NCBI GenBank assembly: GCA_964542665.1
Contig: CAZIUF010000001.1
Span: 21,549 to 85,548 of the forward strand
Reading direction: 5' to 3'
Length of the DNA stretch: 64,000 nucleotides
From: an uncultured Gammaproteobacteria bacterium
Lineage (GTDB): Bacteria; Patescibacteriota; Microgenomatia; UBA1406; GWC2-37-13
Below, piece by piece: positions 15,089 through 24,204 of the stretch (position 1 is its first letter; each line of letters opens with the position of its first letter). The notes under the pieces are model-generated. The model was given only the letters and a program-made list of their open reading frames with translations. It was not told the origin of the DNA and searched no databases. The position numbers were made by a program, and so were the translations under genes.

Positions 15089-16921
15089 TTATTTCTGTGC
15101 AGATCTCTTGGCCACGCGTCGGTCGGCTTCGGTCAAGAATCGTTTGCGGATACGCAAACTAACAGGAGTAACCTCAAGGAGCTCATCGTCCTCGATAAAG
15201 TCGAGTGATTGCTCAAGTGAAAGTTTTGATGCTGAGGTGAGCGATTCTTTGACTCCTTCTCCAGACGATCGATTGTTAGTGAGTTGTTTTTCCTTGATTG
15301 CATTGACCTCAATATCCATGGGCTTTGATGCGACACCAACTACCATACCCTCATAAACTGGGTCTCCAGGACTCAAGAAAAGTGATCCACGCTCTTGTGC
15401 TCCCACGAGTCCATAGCTTGCTGCAATTCCAGTTTGAGTGGCAACAAGTGCGCCATTGCGGAGTGACTCGAGTTTGCTTCCCTTTGGTTCATATCCAAGG
15501 AAATATGTTGAAATGACCGCAGTACCTCGAGTGTTAGTTAACATGATATTGCGCAATCCAAGAATATTGGCGCTTGAGACTTTGAACACCAGTCTTGCAC
15601 TTCCTGTCAAATCATTGTGCATCGATTGCATGATCGCTTTGCGCTTTCCCATCTCTTCGTTTACGGCTCCAACGTGACTTGGATGCACATCAATCGTCAC
15701 TTCTTCAAATGGTTCGCATGTCTTGCCATCAATCTCTTTATAAATCACTTGGGGTCGAGAGATCTGCATTTCAAAACCTTCACGTCGCATCGTCTCAATA
15801 AGCACAGCAAGATGCAGCTCGCCTCGACCTGACACTATGAAGTCTACTGATTCAGTACTTTCCTCGATCTTCAATCCAAGATTTGTTTCCTTTTCTTTGA
15901 GCAAGCGCTCTTTGATCTGACGAGAGGTCGTGTACTTTCCCTCTTTGCCGGCAAGTGGTGAGGTATTGGGTCCGATAGTGATCTTGATCGTTGGTTCCTC
16001 TACGGAAATTGAGGGCAAAGCGATGGGTTCTTTTGGGTCAGTGACAGTCTGACCGATGGTCAGCTCACTGATACCAGCGATAGAGATGATGTCTCCACTG
16101 GAAACGGTTGATACTTCTTCACGAGCAAGTCCGCGACTTGTATAGAGTTTCGTAACATTGAAGTTGCCCTTTATGCCTGTTTGATCAACGATTGTGACCT
16201 TGTCGCCTTTATTGAGACGACCTCTAGTGACTTTTCCAATACAAAGTTTGCCCACATAGTTATCTGAGTCCAGAGTAGAAATCAAAAGTTGAAATGGTTT
16301 ATCAAGATCTTTGATTGCCTCTGGAACTTCTTTGATAATCGTGTCAAAGAGCGGTGAAAGGTCCCCAGGATCTGACGATTTGTAGTTTTCAGGCAGCTCA
16401 AGAAATGCTTTACCATCACGTCCCACCGCAAAAAGAGTTTTGAAATTAAGCGCGCTCTCATCATGAGCCAGCTCAAGGAATAGATTCTCTACTTCTGCCA
16501 TGATGGCACGAGGGCGAGCATCACGCTTATCGATCTTGTTGATGATGAGGATGAGCTTGAGATGATTTTCGAGGGCTTTTTTGAGGACGAAACGAGTCTG
16601 GGGAAGTGGACCTTCGGCTGCGTCCACAAGCAGTATCGCGCCTGACGCCATGTTGAGCACGCGCTCAACTTCTCCACCAAAGTCAGCGTGACCTGGTGTG
16701 TCGATGATGTTAATTTTAGTATCGTGATATTGGACTGAAGTATTTTTAGCGAGGATAGTGATGCCCTTTTCTTTTTCAAGATCATTGGAGTCCATGATCA
16801 GTTCTTGTGACATCTCTTTTTGGTTATCACGGAAGGTATGGGTCTGTTTGAGCATGGCATCGACGAGGGTCGTTTTGCCGTGATCAACGTGTGCGATGAT
16901 GGCGATATTGCGGATAGACAT
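15089..16921 (-). CDS. typA: translational GTPase TypA/BipA
   Basis: [38 protein letters not shown] at 16921; the track start at 16933 is TTG. Confidence 0.95.
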   Translation of the reverse strand: MSIRNIAIIAHVDHGKTTLVDAMLKQTHTFRDNQKEMSQELIMDSNDLEKEKGITILAKNTSVQYHDTKINIIDTPGHADFGGEVERVLNMASGAILLVDAAEGPLPQTRFVLKKALENHLKLILIINKIDKRDARPRAIMAEVENLFLELAHDESALNFKTLFAVGRDGKAFLELPENYKSSDPGDLSPLFDTIIKEVPEAIKDLDKPFQLLISTLDSDNYVGKLCIGKVTRGRLNKGDKVTIVDQTGIKGNFNVTKLYTSRGLAREEVSTVSSGDIISIAGISELTIGQTVTDPKEPIALPSISVEEPTIKITIGPNTSPLAGKEGKYTTSRQIKERLLKEKETNLGLKIEESTESVDFIVSGRGELHLAVLIETMRREGFEMQISRPQVIYKEIDGKTCEPFEEVTIDVHPSHVGAVNEEMGKRKAIMQSMHNDLTGSARLVFKVSSANILGLRNIMLTNTRGTAVISTYFLGYEPKGSKLESLRNGALVATQTGIAASYGLVGAQERGSLFLSPGDPVYEGMVVGVASKPMDIEVNAIKEKQLTNNRSSGEGVKESLTSASKLSLEQSLDFIEDDELLEVTPVSLRIRKRFLTEADRRVAKRSAQK

Positions 16922-17046
16922 AAGGCCCTGCAAGTATATCAGAAGATGTCAGAAAAAGTAGGAGCAATCAAACATCAATGCTGATAAGGGAATCGGTATG
17001 TACGTAGTACGTATATTTCAGTTAGTGTCTTTCTCAATAGACATAT

Positions 17047-20000
17047 TCACAGTCTGGTTATGACTATATTACGACATGTGTTAGATTGTGCATCTGCTGA
17101 ACATGTATAAACAAGACTACACGATGTTTTTGAATTGGGAGGAATAATATCGATAATATTATTGCTCAGATTGCCTCCAGGCGCTCCAACACAATTATCT
17201 GTTCCACCAACTAAGATCGGTTTTATTGCTGATTCGCTGCAATAGAGTCCATCATCAGTAACTATGGTTACGCGATTGCCAGGTATGGTTACTGGCAGAA
17301 CTACAGGCTGGGGACCATGAGAGCCACCTTGATAACGCAAAGATGTTAACGGATCTAATGGGCAGTTGACACCAATATCTGCTTGACTACGATCCACCAG
17401 TAGTTCAACTTGGTTGAAGCTATTAGTTTTATTTTCTTTCTTACAATATGAAGCATTGGTCAGATACCAAGTGCCTGTAGTCTTCGGTACAAAGGTAACT
17501 GCTCTCTCTCCGCTTACCTCATAGATAAAGTCATCATTTGCATCTTGTTGACTGATAGTGGCGCTTTGTGTTAGTACGTCATATCCGGGCAGTGTGATAA
17601 ATGCATGTGCATCGGCGTTTGAGTTTATCATTGTCAATCTCAAAGCAGTGTCTTTTGTGATCGAAATTTCTGCTGGACTCGCAACACCACAGTCAAATGA
17701 GACGGTTTTTTCCACTGGAACCACATCTGCTGCTACCATAGTCAAGCTTGAGTCAAGTCCTCCAGTTGCGCGCTTGAGTTGTGCGATTTGGACGGTATTG
17801 GCGACATTGAGGATGCTCACACCCACAAGCAGCGCGCTTGCAACAGCAACACCTCCTGCAATGGTCTGATGGACCAAGAGACGTGAGAGCAATGCTCTTG
17901 CAGCACTATCTGCGCCAGGGTTAGAAACTTTGATGATGAGAGCATGCTTTGATTGGAGTTTGAGAACGATAAAGAGCGCACCAAATCCAAGTACTCCAAA
18001 TACGAGCGGAGCAATCAAACTATTTCCTGTATCGGCAAGTGTACCCCCTTTGGTGGTGACACCAGCAACGACACCATCATAAGTGAGCGATACGTCTGCA
18101 CAGTCGTCTTCTTTGTTCTTGCCTCCATCACAGTTATTTGGTGTTGAGTCAGTATCCTGCTGTTCTGCATGATATACCTCGGCGAGATTGGTGAGTGCGT
18201 CTCTACTGACTACGAGAACTTTGATCTTCAGGGTTTGAGTCGAGAGCGCATTGAGATTGCCAATCGTCCAGATACCACCCGCCTGGTCGTATTGACCATA
18301 GCTCGTCTCATGAGAAAGGTATGCAAATGAGCTGGTGAGTAAATCTTTGACTTTGACATTGAGCGCTCCGACTGCTGACTCGTTGGCGATAGTGATAGTG
18401 AACTCGACTCTGTCGCCTATCTTCACCTTTGATTTATCAACAGACTTGATCAGCTTCAGATCGATCTTGGCCGGTGTTGGGGTAAGAGTTGGGGTGACGG
18501 GTGGAATAGTGACTGATGGAGTTATCCCGGTAGGATTAGGCGAAACTGATGGGGAAATAGATGGCGATACTGACGGAGAGACCGATGGGGAAATAGATGG
18601 TGAGACTGATGGCGAAGGTGAAGGGGATGGAGTTGCAGTGACATCAATACACTTGATATCGTTTGCTGTACTACCAAACCGACTAATTACATTGGTCCCA
18701 GTTACGACAGCTTTGTCACATATACTCGCTGAGGTTCTTGTGCCGAGTGGATACGTCACTGCATAGATGACGCTCGCATATGACTCACTTGATGGATATT
18801 TTTTAAGAGTCAGATTTGTTTTCCCTGCACTGACTGCAAGCATGGCTTTGTTCGAAACTCCGTTGAAAGCGGTATTGATCTGTGCGCTGCGTAGATTGAT
18901 GCCATAAACTGAACCGGCAATCAGCGAGACTGGTCCTGTTGCTGCACTATTTTCCATATCGTCAGTGATCTGTACATTTTCGACATCTTCTGTAATGCTG
19001 ATATTTTTCACCGTGATCATATATGAGATCGTTCTGCTTACATCGAGAGTATCTATAACAGAGACTATGCGCTTCTCTGTCACGAGTGCATTTGTAGGTG
19101 CCGTCTGACAGTCAGCGCTTGCAGGGTACGCTTCATTGACACATTTGTTTGTGGTGGGTGAGCAATAGTTCGTCGTGCACTGTGCATTTTGAGTACAAGC
19201 TTCCTGACAGGCCAGTTTCCGGGATTGATAATGAGCAGGATTTGTGACTGGTGTCAAAGCAATGTTGTTATATTTTGCATTCAAAGTTGCTGTGTTTTCA
19301 ATGTCACCATCAAGAGCTCCATTTGTGGCAGATGCTGTACAAATCATTTCACTATTGGGAGCAAGGGAGGGACCACCTGTACAGACAAAGGGTGATATTT
19401 GCGAGTGGCCATTTTGGGTATTGAGAAGATCTGTAATTGCTACTTCATTCAAAGTGACATTACCGGTATTTTTAGCAGTGAATCGATATTGCACTTGTAC
19501 ACTCGCATTGATGATTGGTTTTGGACCATTGGCGGTATCGGCTGGTAGATAGTCGGCTGCTGTGCCACCCTTCACATCTTTGAGGAGCGTCATTGCAGGA
19601 GATCCGGTCGGACAGTTAGTGACAACGTCAGCGCTCCAATCACCGTCGCATGACAAAGTATTGGTGGTTGTTTCGTTTGCATCGCCGTCAGTAAGGATCG
19701 CTGTGCACTGATGACAGGTGATATAACGAGACGCACTGCAGGATTGAGATGTTACACCCCCGTTGATACCTCCACAAGTCCAGCTAACCGTCTCTCCAGG
19801 TGCAGGAAACGGTACGGGACTCGGACTCGGTGTTCCAACACCACACAATGTGCTGTTTTGAGGATAGCTGCTCACCGTTGCTCCATATGGAGTGGGTGAG
19901 CTTGCGGTACCGCACGTGCCATTGATTTTTTCAGGAGCCTGACATGTAACTGATGATGATGGGAAAGTACCTGTGCATGTCCACGACCATCGGTGATTTA

Positions 20001-21042
20001 TAGTATCGTGGGTAACAGTAGATGCAGTCCCTGAGGTACACAGAGTGCCGGTTGGCTCAGTATATGTTGGGTTGGTAAGTGCGCTATTGCACACAGCTGG
20101 TATGGTCCTGTTTGCACTACACGAAGGAGTAGCGCCCCCGTTCAGCCCCCCACATGACCATGTCCACCCTGTAGCGGTGGTAATGAAATTGGCCACTGAG
20201 CCAGTACTACAGAGACTTGGTGTGTTTAGAAGGTCGTTCTGATTGCTTCCATTTATGCTGCTACTACATACACCGTCGATGGGAATCGGTTCTATATCAA
20301 TGATGATATTGGCTGGACTAGTACCAGGACCATTCAACGCATTGACGAGTACTGCGGGGCTACCTATTGGCTCAGTGCCATCGCGTGTTACAAGATAGTT
20401 TTGTCCCTTGACCCTATATCCATCAGGAGGAGTTGTGTTACGTACAAAAAGATATGTCTTATTGATTCTACCGTCGCAATTTCCTCCACACCAATTACCT
20501 ATGTTATTTCCACCGATAATATTTGGAGGGTTAGTACTGCGTATGTAGTTTGAACAAACATCGTTGAACCGAGTGTCGTTATTATTGAATCCAGCAACAA
20601 TAGGATTGTTATTTGCGGTGAATGTAAATAGCGGACACGAACTATTTATACAAGATATATACGATTGGTCTATAGATCTATCAGCACACCTAGTGGCACC
20701 AGTATCTGACCAGGAACACAAATAATACATATAGTTTTTGGCTGCAGTTGCTGCATCTGTTGATACAATTTTTTCCTCTGGATCATTTGAAAATATATAC
20801 CTACCCTCGCTATCTGTTCGTGAACTGACAGACCCCTCAAACTTGACATAGGTATTGCCCTCAAAGTGCCCTCCCTGCTTACTCACTATCTGACCAGTAG
20901 CATTCACAATAGCTCCAGTATCAACATAACGAAATTTAACATTGCCTTTGATAGTCCCAGGTATACCTGCCCATACAGGCATCACCGCACTAAAGTAAGT
21001 GATAATCAAGATGAGTATGGTGACGACGTATTTCAACTTCAT
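17047..21042 (-). CDS. giant surface protein (1331 aa): signal peptide, CarboxypepD_reg-like domain, 3 four-Cys modules, DUF11-like repeats, SP/TP linker, internal LADTG sorting signal, second TM helix, cupredoxin-like tail
   Basis: MKLKYVVTILILIITYFSAVMPVWAG signal. Repeated YRFTAKNTGNV / ITVKNIS / FTITIANES DUF11-like strands. TLADTGNSLIAPLVFGVLGFGALFIVLKLQSKH lies about 325 aa before the C-terminus. Confidence 0.85.
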   Translation of the reverse strand: MKLKYVVTILILIITYFSAVMPVWAGIPGTIKGNVKFRYVDTGAIVNATGQIVSKQGGHFEGNTYVKFEGSVSSRTDSEGRYIFSNDPEEKIVSTDAATAAKNYMYYLCSWSDTGATRCADRSIDQSYISCINSSCPLFTFTANNNPIVAGFNNNDTRFNDVCSNYIRSTNPPNIIGGNNIGNWCGGNCDGRINKTYLFVRNTTPPDGYRVKGQNYLVTRDGTEPIGSPAVLVNALNGPGTSPANIIIDIEPIPIDGVCSSSINGSNQNDLLNTPSLCSTGSVANFITTATGWTWSCGGLNGGATPSCSANRTIPAVCNSALTNPTYTEPTGTLCTSGTASTVTHDTINHRWSWTCTGTFPSSSVTCQAPEKINGTCGTASSPTPYGATVSSYPQNSTLCGVGTPSPSPVPFPAPGETVSWTCGGINGGVTSQSCSASRYITCHQCTAILTDGDANETTTNTLSCDGDWSADVVTNCPTGSPAMTLLKDVKGGTAADYLPADTANGPKPIINASVQVQYRFTAKNTGNVTLNEVAITDLLNTQNGHSQISPFVCTGGPSLAPNSEMICTASATNGALDGDIENTATLNAKYNNIALTPVTNPAHYQSRKLACQEACTQNAQCTTNYCSPTTNKCVNEAYPASADCQTAPTNALVTEKRIVSVIDTLDVSRTISYMITVKNISITEDVENVQITDDMENSAATGPVSLIAGSVYGINLRSAQINTAFNGVSNKAMLAVSAGKTNLTLKKYPSSESYASVIYAVTYPLGTRTSASICDKAVVTGTNVISRFGSTANDIKCIDVTATPSPSPSPSVSPSISPSVSPSVSPSISPSVSPNPTGITPSVTIPPVTPTLTPTPAKIDLKLIKSVDKSKVKIGDRVEFTITIANESAVGALNVKVKDLLTSSFAYLSHETSYGQYDQAGGIWTIGNLNALSTQTLKIKVLVVSRDALTNLAEVYHAEQQDTDSTPNNCDGGKNKEDDCADVSLTYDGVVAGVTTKGGTLADTGNSLIAPLVFGVLGFGALFIVLKLQSKHALIIKVSNPGADSAARALLSRLLVHQTIAGGVAVASALLVGVSILNVANTVQIAQLKRATGGLDSSLTMVAADVVPVEKTVSFDCGVASPAEISITKDTALRLTMINSNADAHAFITLPGYDVLTQSATISQQDANDDFIYEVSGERAVTFVPKTTGTWYLTNASYCKKENKTNSFNQVELLVDRSQADIGVNCPLDPLTSLRYQGGSHGPQPVVLPVTIPGNRVTIVTDDGLYCSESAIKPILVGGTDNCVGAPGGNLSNNIIDIIPPNSKTSCSLVYTCSADAQSNTCRNIVITRL
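18025..18039 (-). other. LADTG (LAXTG-type) sortase recognition motif, internal to the ORF
   Basis: Codons CTT GCC GAT ACA GGA on the minus strand, followed by a hydrophobic helix and a KLQSKH charged patch. Confidence 0.7.
18549..18620 (-). repeat. tandem 36-nt coding repeat (SPS[IV]SPSVSPSV linker)
   Basis: GATGGGGAAATAGATGG recurs with a 35-36-nt period on the plus strand and encodes the Ser-Pro linker. Confidence 0.7.
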
Positions 21043-21803
21043 TAGTCAGCTTTCATAAAATCGTAATAGCTATCAAACTCTTTTTGTTCTCGCTTATTGA
21101 CTTTGATGAGCATATAACCAACATCAATCTTTGCTGTTTCTGGATTTTGTGTGTTTTCATTTTGGAAAACTTGAGGCTGACTCAGGCCCCCAATTGATTG
21201 GGACCAAATCAATTCATTTATGTTTGCATCAACAGTTGTCCTCTCGTTCTTTTTGGCAAAGGGTATGCGCGTGTACACATTTCCTTCCCATGCAGTGTCG
21301 ATGTCATCAATATCCGAACGTGTTTTGAGTTTTGCAACTGCTTGTTCCATCGTGATCTCTCCTTTTGAGACAGCTTCTCTGACTTGGGTGATCGCCTCAA
21401 GCGCGCGATCCTTGCGCTCCTCGTATGAGTATCGGGCATTGGGGATATTGTCAAAAAATAGAGTTGCTATTTCAACATCCGCATAGGTCGTACCTTCAGT
21501 CCGCATAAAGTCGTCAAGTCTATTGAGTTCTGCGATGGTCTTTGAATCCAGAGTGGTCTGGTCAACAGCAGCAACTTGGGACAGTCCTCCATCTTGGGTG
21601 CGTTTCAGCTCCAGTAACTTGTCATACTTGCGCTTAATAGTTACCTCTGCAGACTCGGCAGGAGTCGGAGTTGTGGTGATTTTTTCCTGAGTATTGGGAC
21701 GCTGCGTTAGACCTATTTTCTGAATTTGCTGCTTATTTAGGGCTACCCAGCCAGCCACTGAAAGAATGAGGAGGACGATGAGGATAATGAGTATTTTTTT
21801 CAT
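21042..21803 (-). CDS. membrane-anchored protein with a degenerate parvulin (PrsA/PpiC-like) region
   Basis: N-terminal TM helix. The C-terminal ...IGGLSQPQVF...VGYMLIKVNKRE resembles the parvulin PPIase core. Its stop overlaps the adhesin ATG (TAATG). Confidence 0.4.
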   Translation of the reverse strand: MKKILIILIVLLILSVAGWVALNKQQIQKIGLTQRPNTQEKITTTPTPAESAEVTIKRKYDKLLELKRTQDGGLSQVAAVDQTTLDSKTIAELNRLDDFMRTEGTTYADVEIATLFFDNIPNARYSYEERKDRALEAITQVREAVSKGEITMEQAVAKLKTRSDIDDIDTAWEGNVYTRIPFAKKNERTTVDANINELIWSQSIGGLSQPQVFQNENTQNPETAKIDVGYMLIKVNKREQKEFDSYYDFMKAD

Positions 21804-21806
21804 ATT

Positions 21807-23006
21807 TTACTTAGGTGCAAACTTCACATTGATTGAATCAGAATATTTGCTGCATCCTACTGGTGGGGTGACTGCGCATGTGGCATTGATCCAGATGTCA
21901 TATCCCTCTGCCAGATTGAAGTCGTATTTGGATATCTCCTCAGCACCAACCTGGGTATAACACACATCCCAGCTGGTCTTTGCTGAAGAGCTCCACGCTT
22001 GGTTTTTGAAATCAGTACAGCCCCCGTTCATGCGATAGTCATAGCTATAATCGCTCTCAGATCGACTATCTATTCGTACAGCATACGTGACTGCTCCTCC
22101 ACTACATCCTCCTGCTCCCGTCCAACTCAACATTTTTTTATTTATGTCAAGTTGCAAATCGGTTGGTTTTGCAGGTGCACAACCAAGATCTTTTGGCTGT
22201 CGTTCGATGGTGTGTGTGACTGATGGGACAGGTGTCAATGTTGCTGTTGGAGTCAGAGTAGGCGCAGCAATTACATTGATTTTGACTCTAAATCCGTAGC
22301 CTGCACCATCCTGGCAAGAAGATGGATTGGACGAATTGGAGCAAAATCTGAGTGCTGCATAAAATCCGGCAAACCATGAACCAACTTGTTGGGGTGGGAC
22401 AACAGTTACGGCAGTATTAAATACCCCTTCACCAGGAGCACGTTCGAAACTGAATACGCTTTGGTTGCTCACCACTTGACCAGATTGATTGACATAAGTG
22501 ATCGTTGAGCCTGATCTATCAGTCCATATAGTGACGCCCTGCACAGTGGTATTTGTGTTGTTGGTTCCCATGACTATGGTATTGAAACGGCAATCCGAAT
22601 CCCCAAGTACACAGTTGATTTCAACAAAATTATTTTGTACTCGCGGATCACTGTAGCGCAATATGATTGCCTGAGTAGTGGTTGGTGTGACTGTGATTGT
22701 TGGTGTCGCAAGTGGTATATCTATGGATTGGGCAACACTTGGGACGATGGTATTTGATGGCTCGGGTGTGATGGTTGCTATTGGTATAGAGACTGATGGT
22801 ACGGGAGTCAACGAGATCTCAATCACGGTCTGAGTTGGTTCCTCTGCGATCAAGTCAGCCGAGTCGCTCGACTGTTTATCATCTGCTCCAACCATACGTA
22901 GTTCTGAAGATGGACGAATCTGATTGATGCTACGAGACCGCAGGCTCACACCAACAGCAAGCGCGCTGAGTAGGGTCAAAATCAGTATGAGTGGGATTGC
23001 GCGCAT
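21807..23006 (-). CDS. secreted/membrane-anchored hypothetical protein with TP linkers and Cys-rich beta domains
   Basis: MRAIPLILILTLLSALAVGVSL anchor and TLTPTATLTPVPS linkers. ATG at 23006; the track start is GTG at 23042. Confidence 0.6.
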   Translation of the reverse strand: MRAIPLILILTLLSALAVGVSLRSRSINQIRPSSELRMVGADDKQSSDSADLIAEEPTQTVIEISLTPVPSVSIPIATITPEPSNTIVPSVAQSIDIPLATPTITVTPTTTQAIILRYSDPRVQNNFVEINCVLGDSDCRFNTIVMGTNNTNTTVQGVTIWTDRSGSTITYVNQSGQVVSNQSVFSFERAPGEGVFNTAVTVVPPQQVGSWFAGFYAALRFCSNSSNPSSCQDGAGYGFRVKINVIAAPTLTPTATLTPVPSVTHTIERQPKDLGCAPAKPTDLQLDINKKMLSWTGAGGCSGGAVTYAVRIDSRSESDYSYDYRMNGGCTDFKNQAWSSSAKTSWDVCYTQVGAEEISKYDFNLAEGYDIWINATCAVTPPVGCSKYSDSINVKFAPK

Positions 23007-23075
23007 ATATCTAGATCGAGTGTCTGAGGATCGATTTCTCACTCAATATACATACATTTATATACACTTACAACT

Positions 23076-23744
23076 CTATAGCTCTACTGGTAGTGCTCTG
23101 ACGACCAGTCGCTGTTTTGAAGTCCAGAGTGGGGTGCATGTATAGAGCGTCAGGGCAGACTCTGTGCTTGGCTCCTCTATTTCTACGTCTTCGGGTTCAA
23201 CTACTTTCACCTCATCGACTCGATAGGAGTACTCTTTACCACCCCAATATACGATGATATCGTCCCCTTTTGATACTTTATTGAGATCATAAAAAGTATT
23301 TGGGCCAGATGTATAGAGGAAGCGGTGACCCGTGATCACTGTATTGCCGCCTTTGTCAGGCGTAGAGGTTTTTGGCCGACGCCAAAAACCTCGATTGAGT
23401 GTCTGAGCATCTGCACCATCCAGGATAGGAGCATCAACGTTGATCTTTGGGATCACCAGTGTATTAGCAGTGGGTATGGCTTTCAGATCGTTTGGTTTTG
23501 TTTTAATGAGTCCCTTTTTTATCATCTCTCGAGCAAAGCTCGATTGATATACATATCCACCTGTTTTATCGGTGGATTTGCGCCACAGTCCAACGATCTC
23601 TCCTGCAAAAGGCGTCCATAATATATAGGTGATGAGGATGAGGAAGATGATCGTGAGAAACCGGTTCACGAGGGCAAGGATCCGATCAACTGGGTCCTCA
23701 GCGAGAGTAAACATGGTGGCGTGCTTAGATGAGTCCTGGGGCAT
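23076..23744 (-). CDS. sortase (class E-like by its LAXTG substrate)
   Basis: N-terminal TM helix, ITGHR (catalytic His), TLYTCTP (TL-x-TC catalytic Cys) and a conserved Arg near the C-terminus. Confidence 0.85.
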   Translation of the reverse strand: MPQDSSKHATMFTLAEDPVDRILALVNRFLTIIFLILITYILWTPFAGEIVGLWRKSTDKTGGYVYQSSFAREMIKKGLIKTKPNDLKAIPTANTLVIPKINVDAPILDGADAQTLNRGFWRRPKTSTPDKGGNTVITGHRFLYTSGPNTFYDLNKVSKGDDIIVYWGGKEYSYRVDEVKVVEPEDVEIEEPSTESALTLYTCTPLWTSKQRLVVRALPVEL

Positions 23745-23775
23745 AGCTTCATCATAAAGGACAAGTGGTGCTCCA

Positions 23776-24192
23776 TCAACAGTTCACGCCATGTTTGTGT
23801 AGCCAATCTATAAATGTTTTAGGACAAGACATCGTCGATAATCTTCCTTGCTTCACCAAGGCAAAATCTGCAAATAAGCCAGAGGTTTTGATATCTTTCA
23901 GGGTGACTCGAGAATCAGGCGAAAACTTTTTGATAAATTTTAGTTTTGCTACCCAACTGATACCTCGAGCGTCATGAGGATCTTTATATGGTTCGCCAAT
24001 AACTTCTGAAATACCAGCAATGGTGGTCTCGCCCTGTGAGTGATAGATAAGTACTCGATCACCTATGTGCCATGCCTTGATAGCAAGCAATGCTGCGTAG
24101 TTGTGCACCCCATCCCAGATAGTAACTCCATCTTTTTCAAAATCATCGATTGAGTACGTATCTGGATCAGTTTTCGCAAGGTAATACTGCAT
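23776..24192 (-). CDS. EVE (PUA-like) domain protein
   Basis: MQYYLAKTDPDTYSIDDF...WDGVHNYAA...GDRVLIYHS is the typical EVE-domain N-terminus. Confidence 0.8.
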   Translation of the reverse strand: MQYYLAKTDPDTYSIDDFEKDGVTIWDGVHNYAALLAIKAWHIGDRVLIYHSQGETTIAGISEVIGEPYKDPHDARGISWVAKLKFIKKFSPDSRVTLKDIKTSGLFADFALVKQGRLSTMSCPKTFIDWLHKHGVNC

Positions 24193-24204
24193 AAAAATGT
24201 TTCA

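Noticed and set aside
18335-18766. A plus-strand ORF with striking GETDGEIDG repeats
   Set aside because: It is the mirror image of the Ser-Pro linker repeat of the adhesin gene on the minus strand, and it has no independent signals.
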